Source of the DNA: the human T2T-CHM13v2.0 reference genome, Homo sapiens
DNA length: 64,000 nt
Direction: 5' to 3' (one strand)
Assembly: GCF_009914755.1 (NCBI RefSeq)
Contig: NC_060937.1
The position numbers were made by a program, and so were the translations under genes. This document shows, one piece after another, positions 28,151 to 41,366 of the stretch. Numbering within the stretch: position 1 is the first letter of the stretch; the number at the start of each line of letters is the position of its first letter. Below the pieces are notes generated by a model, which searched no databases, was not told the origin of the DNA, and saw only the letters and a list, made by a program, of their open reading frames with translations.

Positions 28151-28719
28151 CATCAGATTAAGAATAACTTTGGGTCAGACCTTGAAGAGCCATATTTGTG
28201 CTTTCTCAAGGCCAGACTAAATAGACAATGGCCTCAGGGGCAGGGACCAGAGCCTTGCTGGCCTTGATGTTTACACAGAATGATTCCCATGTGCTGACAC
28301 AATGTCTTCTAATTTACTTAAGTTACAGTTCTAACACTGAGAAAACTTAAAAGAAAGAAAATACATTGTAATTCATTACAGATTCATATATATCAAATAT
28401 CCCTGCAAAATACAAATGCATAATGTTACATGATTCAAATATTAATAAAATATTTGCACTGTAAAGCCAGAACTATAAAGAGGCTGTACTATATGAAGCC
28501 CCTAGGATGATCAACAATGCACCTCCAATTATATTAGTTTCCTGTGTTTCCAAAACGGATTCAAACAAAATCCCAGGTTTCACATGTTAAGTTGCTATTA
28601 CCTGCCTTTCTGACATCTCCACTAGGGAGTGAACTTTCACAAACCAACTATATTGAAAAGCAAACTAATTATTCTTTTCCCTAACCTCAAATCTGACCTC
28701 CCATTCTTTTTCCTGTCTG

Positions 28720-30170
28720 TTCGTCCATCCATCTAGGATTTATTGAGAATCTCCTATGTGCCAGACACTACTGTTCCAGGGTTAGGAGTTGAGCACTGAA
28801 CAGACAAAAATCCCTGCCCTTGTGAAGTTAACAGGGGGAGAGGGTGGAGGATAGACAACATATAAGAAGAAATGAAATGCAGTATTTTAGACGCTGAAAA
28901 GTTTTACAGAGCAAAGGAAAGCAAGGCAGGGAAGTCACAGTACTGGGAGGACAGCTATTTTAAACAGCATGATCAAGGAAGAACTCACTGAGAAGGTGGC
29001 ATTTGAATTTAAAACCAAAAAGAAGTAACTAGAAAGCCATGCAGGTATCTGGTGTAAAAATGTCTGTTACAGGCAAATGAAACAATAAGTACAATGGCCT
29101 TGAGGCGAGAATGTCCCTGGTGTGTTCAATGAACAGTAAGGAGGCCAGCATAGATAAAATGAGGAAAGTTCAGAGAAGACATCAGAATGGTTACTGGGCT
29201 AACTAAATCTTGTAGGGCCTAAAAAACTTTGGTTTTTACTCTGAGTCAGATTTTAACAGATCATTGGCTGCTATGTTGAAAATAATCTGAAGGGCTCAAA
29301 GGCAGAAGCAATTAAAAGCCTACTGAAATATTCTGAGCCACAGATGATGGTAGATTGAACATGATGAACATAGTTGAGATAGAGAGAAATTACTCAATTT
29401 TAGATATATTCTGAAGGTAGAACCAATACAGTTTGCTGATTAATAAAATGTGTTCATGGGCTGATGGGAGGGGGGAAAGTCAAGGGTGACACCAAGATTT
29501 TTGATCTGAGCAACTGGAAAGATGGGGTTAGCATAACTGAGATGCACAAGTCTGTAAGAGAGCAGGTTTAATGGGTATGCTCAAGCTGGAATATGTAAAA
29601 TTTGGACTGCCTGTTAGATTTCTAAGAAGAGACACTGAATAGACAGTTGCACACACAAGTCCAGTTCAAAGACAAGGAATGGGAAGATGATATAAATTAG
29701 GAAACACTGGTGTAAAGATGGTATGGAAAGCCATCAGATTGGAAAAGATCACTAAAAGTGTAGATGAGTGTAAGCAGCAAAGAGAAGGGCTGATTCAGGA
29801 CTCCACCTTGGCACCTTTCTGGGGGACGAAGAGGACCAGGCAGAGGAGGAGTGTCCACTGTGATTGGACGAAAATTAAGAGAGAATTGTACAGAGAAAGC
29901 AGATAAAGAAAAGTGTTCCGAGGAAGAAGAAATAATCAACTGTGTCAAATCCTGTAAGCAAGTAAAATAAGATTAGGACTGAGAATTAAGCACTGGATTT
30001 AGCAGCATGAATTCATTGGTGACCTTGATAGAGTTTTGGTGGAGACAGCAGAAGCCTCCTGGAATGAGTTCAAGTGAGAATTGGAAGGAAGGAGTTAAGA
30101 GCATAGACAATTCTTTTGAGAAAATATGCTAAATGAAAAGGGGAAATTTGTATCTTGGTAGGAAGTGAAA
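28720..30170 (-). mobile_element. L2 element, long fragment
   Basis: ATTTATTGAGAATCTCCTATGTGCCAGACACT...ACAAAAATCCCTGCCCTTGTGAAG, then purine-rich antisense L2 body. Confidence 0.8.
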
Positions 30171-30678
30171 CAATCAGAGGTGATAGCATTCCACCCCATT
30201 AACAAAACATTTTTCACCCCCATGTTTACAGGTTTATGATTTGCATCTGTCTACATCCTTTCTTCTTTTGCCATATCTCTCCCTCTCCTTTCTAAAAGCT
30301 AGTTTCTCCTCCACCTGGGTTCATCCCTTTGGAAGCCTTTGTCATTTATCTCATCTTCTTCCAATCTCTTTCTCCCCATCACGTACAAAAACATTCATGT
30401 CTTATCAACTTTAAAAATAAAAACAAATCATTCTTCTACAATGGTTACCCTTTCCCTCACCTCCATTTCATCTCCAATAGTTTTGAAAAATACCATGCTG
30501 CAGTTGTCAACTCCTTACCTAAAAGGGCTTCTACCTCCATCAGCCACAGAGACTAGTTTCACTGTGGTTATGAATGTCTAACTGCTAAACCTAATGCCAG
30601 TCTCAGACCCTCATACTACTTTATCTCTCTTCAATATCACTAACGTCTCTCTCCTTGAAACTCTTTGCTGGCTGAAAC

Positions 30679-31066
<388 letters not shown>

Positions 31067-31739
31067 TAACAGCTGTCCAATTACTTCCTTTATACAAACC
31101 CCAAAAAAGTCAAACTGTTGGACCAAAGTGAAAGGAAGACTTCTGATTTACATTATAAAACTGCCCTCCAAAATGGTGAACAAAATTTGGACTCCTACTA
31201 GCAATGTATAAATATACTAACTTTTTCAAAATTGTTCTAAGCCTAGTCAATTTTCTTTTAATATTTATAAATTTTATAGTTGAAAATATTTCATTGTTCA
31301 ATTTGCATCTTTTTTAGTCCAGCTAAATTAAACATATGATTATTATCCTTAGTTATCTTGTGAAGTGTCTGTTTATAACCTTAGCCCCAGTTTTTTCTTA
31401 TTGAATTGTACTGTTTTTCTTATCAATTGATTTGAACTCAACATATTAAGACAGCAACCCTTTATCACATTATAATCACCTCTCCCAAGCCTCCTGTTTG
31501 CCTTTTAGTTGTCTACCAGCATAAAGATGCTGTCAATTTTCATGTAATTGAATACACTCACTTTTCCCTTTGAGAGTTCTTCCACCACTCTTATCTTCTT
31601 CTTCATAATGAGATAAAGATTTGCCTCTATTTTCTTCATTTGTATAGTTCATTTGTATAATAAAATTTTTTTTATTATCACTTTATTCTGGTTAGTATGC
31701 AGTATGAGAATAGATCTAACTTTATTTTTCTCCCAGTTG

Positions 31740-32595
31740 TTACAGTATATCTGCCTCACACTTGTGTTCAAAAACTAGGTCTTTATTCCCCTCTAAATGA
31801 TCCGCTTCCTCAAGGCACGCCTATATTCCCAGTATCACATAATTAGAACCAGAGGATCCTCCCGTTTCTCTTTCTCACTCCCTGCCTCATTTTCCATACC
31901 TAGGCACTAAGTTCCCCTCGATTCCACCTCCAGAATGTGGCCTCCCCTTTCTTCCATTCCCACCACCACTCTCAGTTATTTGTTGCACCTACTCTTTTAG
32001 CAAACGCAGAAGGTTTTCCCGTCTTTTTTCTGTCCTACCTTCCGTCACAACACTAGTATCCAAAAAGCCATGATACTATTTTCCCTGCCTGAATACTCTT
32101 CTGTGGTCCCCAACTGCTTCTACAAAATTAAAGCCAAATTATTCAACCTTGCAATTAAACCTTCCCAGATCTGACTCTAGTTTCACTTTCTGACACAATT
32201 CTACACATTTGTGCTTTGGCCACACCAAATTATTTACAACTTCCTGACCACAGCATCCTCTTTCCTGCCTGGAATGTCCTTTCCTACCTTGGGTATCTGC
32301 AGAACCCCCATCCATTTAGTGGTCAGCTCAAGTAAACACTCTGCTGTGAAGCTCTACCCAATCCACCCAAACACAAGCTCTCACTATGTCCCTTCCACTG
32401 CCACTTATCACAGTTATCATGCACCTCACTGCAGTGGTTTGCAATCACTTGTTTGCATGTGTCTTCCCTACAGACTGAACAGCCATTAGAAGGCAGAAAC
32501 CAAGTCTTAGTTGTTCATCTCTATACCCCCATGCCTGACATGAGTATGTGGTTAATAATAAACCTGAGGAAAGGGAATATGAATGAACAAATGTG
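31740..32595 (+). mobile_element. L2 3' portion
   Basis: Pyrimidine-rich body, CTGCCTGGAATGTCCTTTCC, ending AATATGAATGAACAAATG; boundaries approximate. Confidence 0.65.
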
Positions 32596-33171
32596 TCCTC
32601 AACTTTTACCTGCCTTACCAATCCTACCAATTTTGTCTCTAGAATTCTTATTCCCACGACCTCTGCTCTAATTCAGATTCCTACTACTTCCTGATAATCT
32701 TCTAATTGCCTCTAATTTCACTTCCTCATCACAAAAGGTGATCTCTTAACAAATAACTAAGATTCTATCATATCTGTCTCTATGTCCACCTGTAAACCCG
32801 AAAACCCTGTGTCCTAGCCAGCTGTCACTTCAAACCATTCATCTAAACCATTCAAATCTCTCTGTTTCCAATATTTGTTAGTCTGTCTCTTGTACCTGGA
32901 TATTATCTTCTACTTTTCAGTTTCTCTGCCACCTCCCCTAATGGTATTTGTCACTTGTTACTTCATCCTCTTTTCTCCCTGGCCCCCAACAACATACTTA
33001 GAGCTGTTGCTGCTAATCTGCTGTAGGCTGAGTATTCAGATACTCAAACTTATTAGGAACCATATGCTAAGACGAAGCCAACACTGAGGCTCAGAAAAGG
33101 AACAAGTAGGTGGCTTCAGTGCAGGGTATTAAACACACGTATCTATGGTGCTCAACTATCTTTTGCATGTA

Positions 33172-33505
33172 CAGCTGACCCTTGAACAATACAGGCTTGA
33201 ACTGCATGGGTTCACTCATATGTGGATTTTTTTCAATGAATTTATTAGAAAATTATTTGGAGATCTGTGACAATTTGAAAAAACGCACAGATGAACAGTA
33301 TAGCCTAGAGATACTGAAAAAATTAAGAAAAAGTTAGGTATGTCAAGAATGCATAAAATATATGCACATTTTGTCATTTACTACCATAAAACATATAAAA
33401 ACTATAAAAAGTTAAAACCCATCAAAACGTATACACACAAACTGTACATGGCACCATTCACAATTGAGTGAGATGTAAACAAATATACAGTATTAAATTA
33501 CAATT
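33172..33505 (+). mobile_element. Tigger2-like DNA transposon fragment
   Basis: TA followed by CAGCTGACCCTTGAACAATACAGGCTTGAACTGCATGGGTTCACT resembles the Tigger2 terminus. Confidence 0.8.
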
Positions 33506-34184
33506 GTTTACAGATTCATCATTTATTATAAACCGTGTTTCTAACAAAGCCAAATCACCGTTATTTCTAAAACAAATTATAACAGAAAAGATGGTGAACA
33601 GGAAAGGATCCCATGGAGATGTATGTTAAACATACACATACCGCCAGCCCTAGACCAATTCCATTTCACAAATTTTATTTTGTTATTTTCTTAACTTTTT
33701 CTCTTTTTCTTCATTCTTCCCTTCCTCCGTTTCAATATTACATTCTTTACTCTTACCCACCTTTCCAAACAAAATCTTTCCAAATAAAATCTTTCACAAA
33801 ATCTGTAAGAAAATCTCAATCAAGTGATCTGCACATGATTTATGAAAATATACCTTTGTCTAAGGACATTTGTACATGAAAAGAGAAAAAGCTAAACATT
33901 AAAGGAATGACTCTTTAAGACACTGACAAGGAAATACAATTGAATAGAGCCAACATAACAAAGAGGCTTTCTCAGTCTACTCCCAATGTCATAACATACA
34001 GATAAATGTCTCTGTAAAGTTTAACCCACCTGCATAAGTGTCTAATAGAGAGTGCTTCTCTGAAGGTTGCCTTCCACATCTAAGCAGGCATTTTCCCCTC
34101 AAAAATATAAGGCTTCTGTTAGCCTCCCTGTTTTCTCTAGTCTCAATCATAAACTTCTTTATCATTAGATTACTACTACAGGGA

Positions 34185-34248
34185 AAAACCTCTAAGGCCT
34201 ATCCTTATCAGAAATCAAAACCTCTAAGGCCTATCCTTATCAGAAATC
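34185..34248. repeat. Perfect 32-bp tandem duplication
   Basis: AAAACCTCTAAGGCCTATCCTTATCAGAAATC twice, no mismatch. Confidence 0.97.
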
Positions 34249-35609
34249 AATCTGTCCTTTTGTAGATGGCTAACTTCATTGAAACCATATCTTCCTAATT
34301 TCACAATAAAAACGGCACTCAATATTTTGAGAAACACAGCAGTTTATAAGTCCTGCTATGACATATAGGAGAGGCAGACATCCAATATAAGGATATCTGG
34401 GTCAAGTGGAATAAAAGAAGCAAAGTGTTATGCAAGTATAGGTGGAAAAGAGTAATTTCTATTGCAATAATTGGGAAAAGTTTCTTGGAGAAGTACACGG
34501 GCTCAGAAACAATACGAGGACTCTCAATGGACAGTTATGGGGAACAAGGAACAACAGCTTTAAAAATTGATATTTCAGAAATAGTTGATGCACTCTATGT
34601 GGGTATATGCATGTAACGGGGGTGGATGGACAGAAAAGAGAGTCTGAGGGCTGGACTAGGTACAGAGAGAAAGCAAGGGTTCCTGAGTCAAATGATGTGA
34701 CTAGACCCATGTGTCTGGGTAGGTAACTCTGGCAGCAGAGTTATGGCAATAATGAAGGGGGGTAAAACAAAAAGTTACTGCAATGGCCAAGATGACTGGT
34801 AATGAGAGCTTGAATTAAGGGAATGACTATGAACAGTCAAAGGAGGAATGGATTTGAGCAACATTTTAGGATACAAAAGTTTTAAAAGAGAGAAAGAAGA
34901 AAAGCGGGTAAGAAAAGGTGTTAGCATACCATAACCAGCATAGACATATCAAAGAAAAGAGAATTATAAGGGAACTTTCTTCATATTTCCCATCAAAATA
35001 TCCCTATATTCCTTACAATTCAAAAGTAGTTTCTCATAAATATAAGAATTTCCTGGTATCTCCAAAAAGCCAAAATTTGATAATCCATTTACTATTTTAC
35101 TCTATAAACTGTACTGTTGAGAAATAAAATGTCTTTCAATTTACAACAAATGTCCATTATCAGCAGGAGTTGCAGCCTCAGGCCCTAGCCTTCTGCTTTG
35201 AAAAACTGGGGCACTGTGCTAAACAATCTACAAAGCTTCTTCCAGCTCACTGCAGCACATCACTTAGCACATCCTTACCACACCACTTAGGAGTGGGTAA
35301 GGGTCTCAGCACTGTTTAAAAAAAAAAAAAAAAAAGACATGATCAACACCTATGGCCCACATCTGGCTGAAACATCAAAGTCCAATTACCTAAAGAAAAA
35401 CAGTACAGCTAGAAAAAGGTTGAGATGTAGGCCACTAAAATTAGAAGTGAAAAAACAAGAACACAGGACAGGGACAGAATATTAGGATTTTTGTTATTAA
35501 ACAAAAGGGGATGAGACCGATGTCACAAAATCATACACAGTCTAAATTGAACAGGGATTAACCCATGGGGTCAATTTTGACATGTAAAAGGAATAGATTG
35601 GGAGAGGGA

Positions 35610-35830
35610 ATGATAATAGCTAACATTTATTTAGAACTTACTTTATATCAGGCATAGTGTCAACTGGGATGGAGAATTAACAGATTTAATCCTCAAGATA
35701 ACCCTGAGATGGATACTATTCTCACATTCCTCCCCATTTTTCAAATGAGGAAACAGAGTAAGGCCCAAGACCTAAAGCTAGTGAGGGATGGAAACATGAT
35801 TCAAATCAGGCAGTCTGATTCCAGAGCTAT
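35610..35830 (-). mobile_element. MIR SINE
   Basis: ATAATAGCTAACATTTATT...TTTAATCCTCA...CCCCATTTTTCAAATGAGGAAACAGAG. Confidence 0.75.
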
Positions 35831-37669
35831 AATTTTAAAGTATATACTGTACCTAGTACTTACAGTATAGTAAATATAAGCAGGCTGCACAAACCAAAAT
35901 ATATACATACCTACACATATACAGTATATATATACACAAACATGTACATATACACATATATGTTTACATAAACAAGTAAATGACAGATCCAAGGGGAAGT
36001 TACCCTCTATTGTTAATTTTCCAGAAGAAAACATGTATTGCCATCTATATGGGGGCCAAAATGCTGGATGGACCTCATTTCTCAGTCTCACAAAAAATTT
36101 TCCACAATTCTGTATTTTCACTTTTAATTTTTACTGTAATAAAATGGAGGCTTCAAAATTGACACTACTTTTTGTATCCACAGAATTCAATAATTATATG
36201 CTTCTGTGTTCAGATATCAAAATCAATTTGAATGAACACAAAACTGAATAGCATCTCAAATTTTGAGCTGCCTATCAATCTCTCACAAAGCTTCTTGGAA
36301 AACATTCATTTATATTTGTCATGGGGCACAAAATTTGTACAGTGCTTTGAATGCAACCTTTGTATATAAAAGGGTCTATACAGAAAAGTTTTAACCAAGC
36401 TTGAAGCTTTTCTCCTAGGGCTTTAACATACAGATACCAAAAGGAGCCTTTGTTTACTCATTGGAACAACATTGTCTTCTAAGGCCACTCACCACTACTT
36501 TGTAAATTAGTGCCTCAAGATCTGGAATCCCACTTGGTTTTTCCTGCCAATGGCTCTAGGTGTTTGAACAATTTGGGATATAACTGCCTCTATCCTTATC
36601 TACTAGCATCCTCATTGCAATCTGAACTTACGATTCCAGTAAAAGAAATTCATTTACGTTACAGACAATATACTTATGTTCTAACCAGGTAAAGGTCAAT
36701 TAGTAATCCATATTTACAAAGCTATAATTAGGAAGTAAGTTAGGAATAGACAATATAAAGTAAAACAATAACAAAGGTATCTTGTAGGAATAGAATAGCA
36801 CCTGTACTTTGGCAACTCTTACTTTCCTGCAGATTATGTTAATGGAAGGGAAGAATTTCAAAGGCACCCCAAAGAGGCAAATATTTAGCAACTTTCTCTC
36901 AAATCAAACTTTTACACTTTGGATCTCAAACTCAAGAAACACACATCTAAATATTTAAACTTGTGGGTCTTGGTTAACAATGGCAGCAAATATCACCCAA
37001 AGAGCATTACGCCAATCCTGAAAATCTTTTGGTTGCTGTTTCCATGGAAACAGCCTAGATGAAGAAAACCTAAGAGTAAAGAATAATACATTTTTTAAAA
37101 CCACTTTAACTTGTTTTCCCCTATCAGTTAGCCAGCATGGCACATAACTAACAGGCACATCAGTTATGTACCAGAAAATTCATGACTCATTCAACAAATA
37201 TGTGTTGGTTATCTGCTGCATGCCAGGCACTGCACCAGAGGATAGGGTTACTCTGGAGAGCTCACAGAGCTCAGTCTAGCACAAAGACATTTACTAGCCA
37301 ATGACACAAAATGATCAAGAAATTTCACATTCTTTTGTCATATTATGTTTTTGAAATTTTACATGTCAAAAACAGTGTACATTTTATACTTACATCACAT
37401 TTCAGTTGGGACTAGCCACATTTCAAACCCAATGCCAACAAAAGGCTAGTGTCTTGTACTGGACAACATGGGTACAGATATTCCAATGGGGACGAAAAGC
37501 ATGCATATCAGGAGTAAGTCGTTTCCTCAAAGAACATAAAATCTAACCAGTAGATTAGCCACTATACATGCAAAATATATATGGTACAGAAACATAACCG
37601 TAGAATTACTCAGTAGGTAAAGAAATCTGTAAGAAACATTAATATATAAGATACTGGGTGAGCAACTGT

Positions 37670-38045
37670 GTGTAGAATTCTTTCAGCTGCAAATGATGGA
37701 AAACCTGACTGAAAGTGGCTTAAGTGAAAAATAAGATAGGTGTTACTGACTCGGGGCTTTCTCCCAACTCTGCTTCCTCTAGATTGGGTTCATTCTCAGG
37801 CTTCATGTGGCAGCTAGTTCCCAGCAGTTTTAGGGGCACAGTGTCAGACCCCTTGTTCTGCTTCCACAATATTGCCAACAAATGCCCCAGAATTACATCT
37901 TCCTATTTCTAATGGCTGGCTTGGTCATGTACCTATGCTGAACCAATCACAGTAGCCAGGGACATGTGATGCTTTAATGGGCCAGACCTGGGTCACTTCT
38001 GTAACAAGGCATCAAGTCAACTTCCCCAGAATCACAAAGACTAAA
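37670..38045 (-). mobile_element. MLT1-like LTR fragment
   Basis: TCTTTCAGCTGCAAATGATGGAAAACCTGACTGAAAGTGGCTTAAG...GAACCAATCACAGTAGCCAGGG. Confidence 0.6.
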
Positions 38046-38199
38046 GTGGCTTAACACTGATAAGCCTGATGTATGGCCTATCTTCCTTTAACCATATTAC
38101 TTGACTGCTTCACTTGATACTCAAACAACCCGGAAGAGTCTTATAAAGTCCATTTCCAGTGATTTATTCCTTCATAGCTCAATTTATTCACTATTACTA

Positions 38200-38395
38200 C
38201 AGGCTGGACATTATACTGATTGCTTTACAAGCAGTATTTCATTTAATCTTTCCAACAAACCCTATGAAGTAGTTACCATCACCATTACCATTTTATAGAT
38301 GAGGAAAACGGGGATCCAAGGGATTAAAAACAACTAGGCTATCAGTGATTGGAATGGGATTCAAACTCTGGTCCATCTAATTCCAAAGTCCACGT
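38200..38395 (-). mobile_element. MIR SINE
   Basis: TTTCATTTAATCTTTCCAACAAACCCTATGAAGTAG...CCATTTTATAGATGAGGAAAAC. Confidence 0.75.
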
Positions 38396-38794
38396 TCAGC
38401 AGTACCTGAAATTAAGATATTTTTACTGTTCCCTCCCTCTTCCCCATCATTAAAGAAAAAATAAGAAAGACATTATATAAGCAATACGTGATGCAATTCC
38501 ACAGAAACCACATGATTTATAACACCCTATCTGCAGACATTGCTGAGAAAACTGATGACAGCCCCAAAGAAAGACAACTGCATTAATAAACTAGAATGAT
38601 ACTTCTCTAAATTCTAACTCCTCAAATAAGGCTATGATTTGGTGTAATTAACAGTATAGTTAAGTTCTCAAAAATTCTCAGCCATAAGCTCATAAATATC
38701 ACTGGAGCAAAGAGGAACAAAATAAAGTTTCTAAAATAATATATCATGCATGAACAGACAATGAAAAGTTCCATTATTAATATTTTCCCAAAAA

Positions 38795-38968
38795 TTTTTT
38801 AAAATTTTTATTTTTAGAGACAGGGTCTCAGTTCTGTCATCTAGGGTGGAGTGTAGTGCCATAATCACAGCTCACTGTAGTCTTGAACTCCTGGGCTCAA
38901 GCGATCCTCCCACTTCAGCTTCCAGAGTAGCTAGGATTACAGGCGTGTTGAACCATTGCACCTGACCT
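38795..38968 (-). mobile_element. Alu monomer (FLAM/AluJ-like)
   Basis: GAGACAGGGTCTC...GAACTCCTGGGCTCAAGCGATCCTCCCAC. Confidence 0.85.
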
Positions 38969-39354
38969 TCCCAACAATTTACTATGAACATTTTCAAACA
39001 TACTAAAAAGTTCAACATTTTCAGGGTAAACACTTGTACTTTACAAGTCTACCATTAAGATTTAACTATATGTGCTTTGTCACATATCTCCTCATCCTTC
39101 CCTGTTTTATCAACTTCATGATCTTCAAAGTAAATGCAGAAGTCAGTACACTCCTAAATATGACAGTATGCATATCAACTGAAGTTCCTATTTGTTTACA
39201 TTTAGCTTTTGAGGTGGAATTTAAATACAAAAAAAATGTGCAAAACTTTTTTTTTTTAAGACTGCATTTCGCCATGTTGCCCAGCACTCAAGCAATCATC
39301 CTACCTCAGCCTCCCAAGTAGCTGGGATTACAGGCATGTACCACCATACCAAGT

Positions 39355-39995
39355 AAAATGTGCAAATCTTAAGTCTACATTAATTAAGCTTTTGCTAAAT
39401 GCTTACAACTATGGAACGCAAATCCCTATTAAGATAGAGAACAGAATCATTACTCCGGGTTTTTTTATGCCCTTCCCAGCCAATCTCAACCCTAATTATC
39501 TCTAGAGGCAACCGCTGGTCTGATATTCTTTCCATCATAGATTAGTTTTGACTATTCTAGAGTATCACCTAAATGGGAACATAGAGTATGTACTCTTTTG
39601 CATACAGCTTCTCTTACTCAGCATGTTTTTGAGATTTACCTATGCTGTGGTATATATATATCAGTAGTCTGTTTCTTTGCATTGCTTGGCAGTATATCAC
39701 TGTATTGTGTCCCTTATTGATGGACAACTGGGCTGTTTCCAGTTTTTGGTGATTATCAACAAGAACTTCTATGAACCTATGTTTTCATTTCTCTTGGGTA
39801 AATACCTAAGAGTAGAAGGGTTGAGTCCCAGGGAAGGTAGATGCTTAGTTTTATAAGTAACCACCATACCTTTCCCAAAGTGGTTGTACCATTTGACTTC
39901 CCTAACAAGAATGTATAAGCTTTGGTTGCTCCATATTCTTTGTCAACATTTGATGCTGTCTTTTTAATTTTAGCCATTGTGTTATGTGTGATCAA
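39355..39995 (-). mobile_element. Old L1 3' fragment, antisense
   Basis: TTTCATTTCTCTTGGGTAAATACCTAAGAGTAG...TTTCCCAAAGTGGTTGTACCATTT...TTTTAGCCATT. Confidence 0.75.
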
Positions 39996-41088
39996 TTAAT
40001 ATTTTAATTACTTTTGAGTTAAATCTATTTGTAAGATACAGCACAAAAATAATTGAGGTACATAAGATATAGTGCAACATTAAGAGAAATTACAATATTA
40101 TAAATTTTATATATAACTTTAAACTTTTTTCTACTTTCAAGAAGTCACATGATTTAAACTACACTTTCATTCAGTGCCTCATGAAATAATTATGCTGTCA
40201 AATATTAGCATTGTTGCTTAGGAAACTGGTATCAAAATACTAACTTTTCTTTCTGTTTATCTCTTACTACTTAATAATACCAACAATTTATGGCTCACTT
40301 AACCTACAATTTAGATCAATAATATAAATTGAAAGATATTTGTTAAAAAAGAACACTGTCAATGTCTCTCTTTAAAATCTAATTCTCATTTGCTATACTA
40401 AAATATTTAGTCACCTTTTCTAACATAACTCCATCTTGGAACTACGTCCTCTAATTAAGTTCTGGGGGGACCAAGAATGGCATCTGATGCCATTCCTTAA
40501 AATAAAAACAAAAACACACCTTGGTACAATTGCACATTCTGAATTAGCTTGTAAAAGCAGCACAACTGTCCCAGAAACAAGCAAATCACTCTTGGATATA
40601 TTATGATATTTTTCAATACAGTAGGCTTACATAATCGATGCCATTATAGAACTCAGCAGGTGACAGTCCACATCAGTAAACAGACATCTACTGATGACAA
40701 AGAAATAGTAACAATAGCCACTTAGGGAAGCCACTAGCGGTGCCTGAAGAGATAAACAGTTTCATGGTCAGATCCCATTTTTTATGCAGTCTCTTACCTG
40801 TCAAGGGGCAGCCAATCCCTACATAGTTACTGTTGACTTTTCTTCTACACAAATGTCAACAATGGGGCACAAAATTTTAAGAAATGCTTCCTGACTCCTT
40901 AATGTCATTGTAGCTTACAATGACAAACTTCAAATTGGTGAAAAAATGACTATTATGTATTCCACCAAAAAGGAGATGTCCAACTACCATTTTAACACAT
41001 GCCTATCTTATTCATACCACTCTGCAATGCACCAATTTGTTTTGCTGTTTTTCTGAAATGTTTTCCTTCCCTTAAAAAAAAAAAAAAA

Positions 41089-41366
<278 letters not shown>

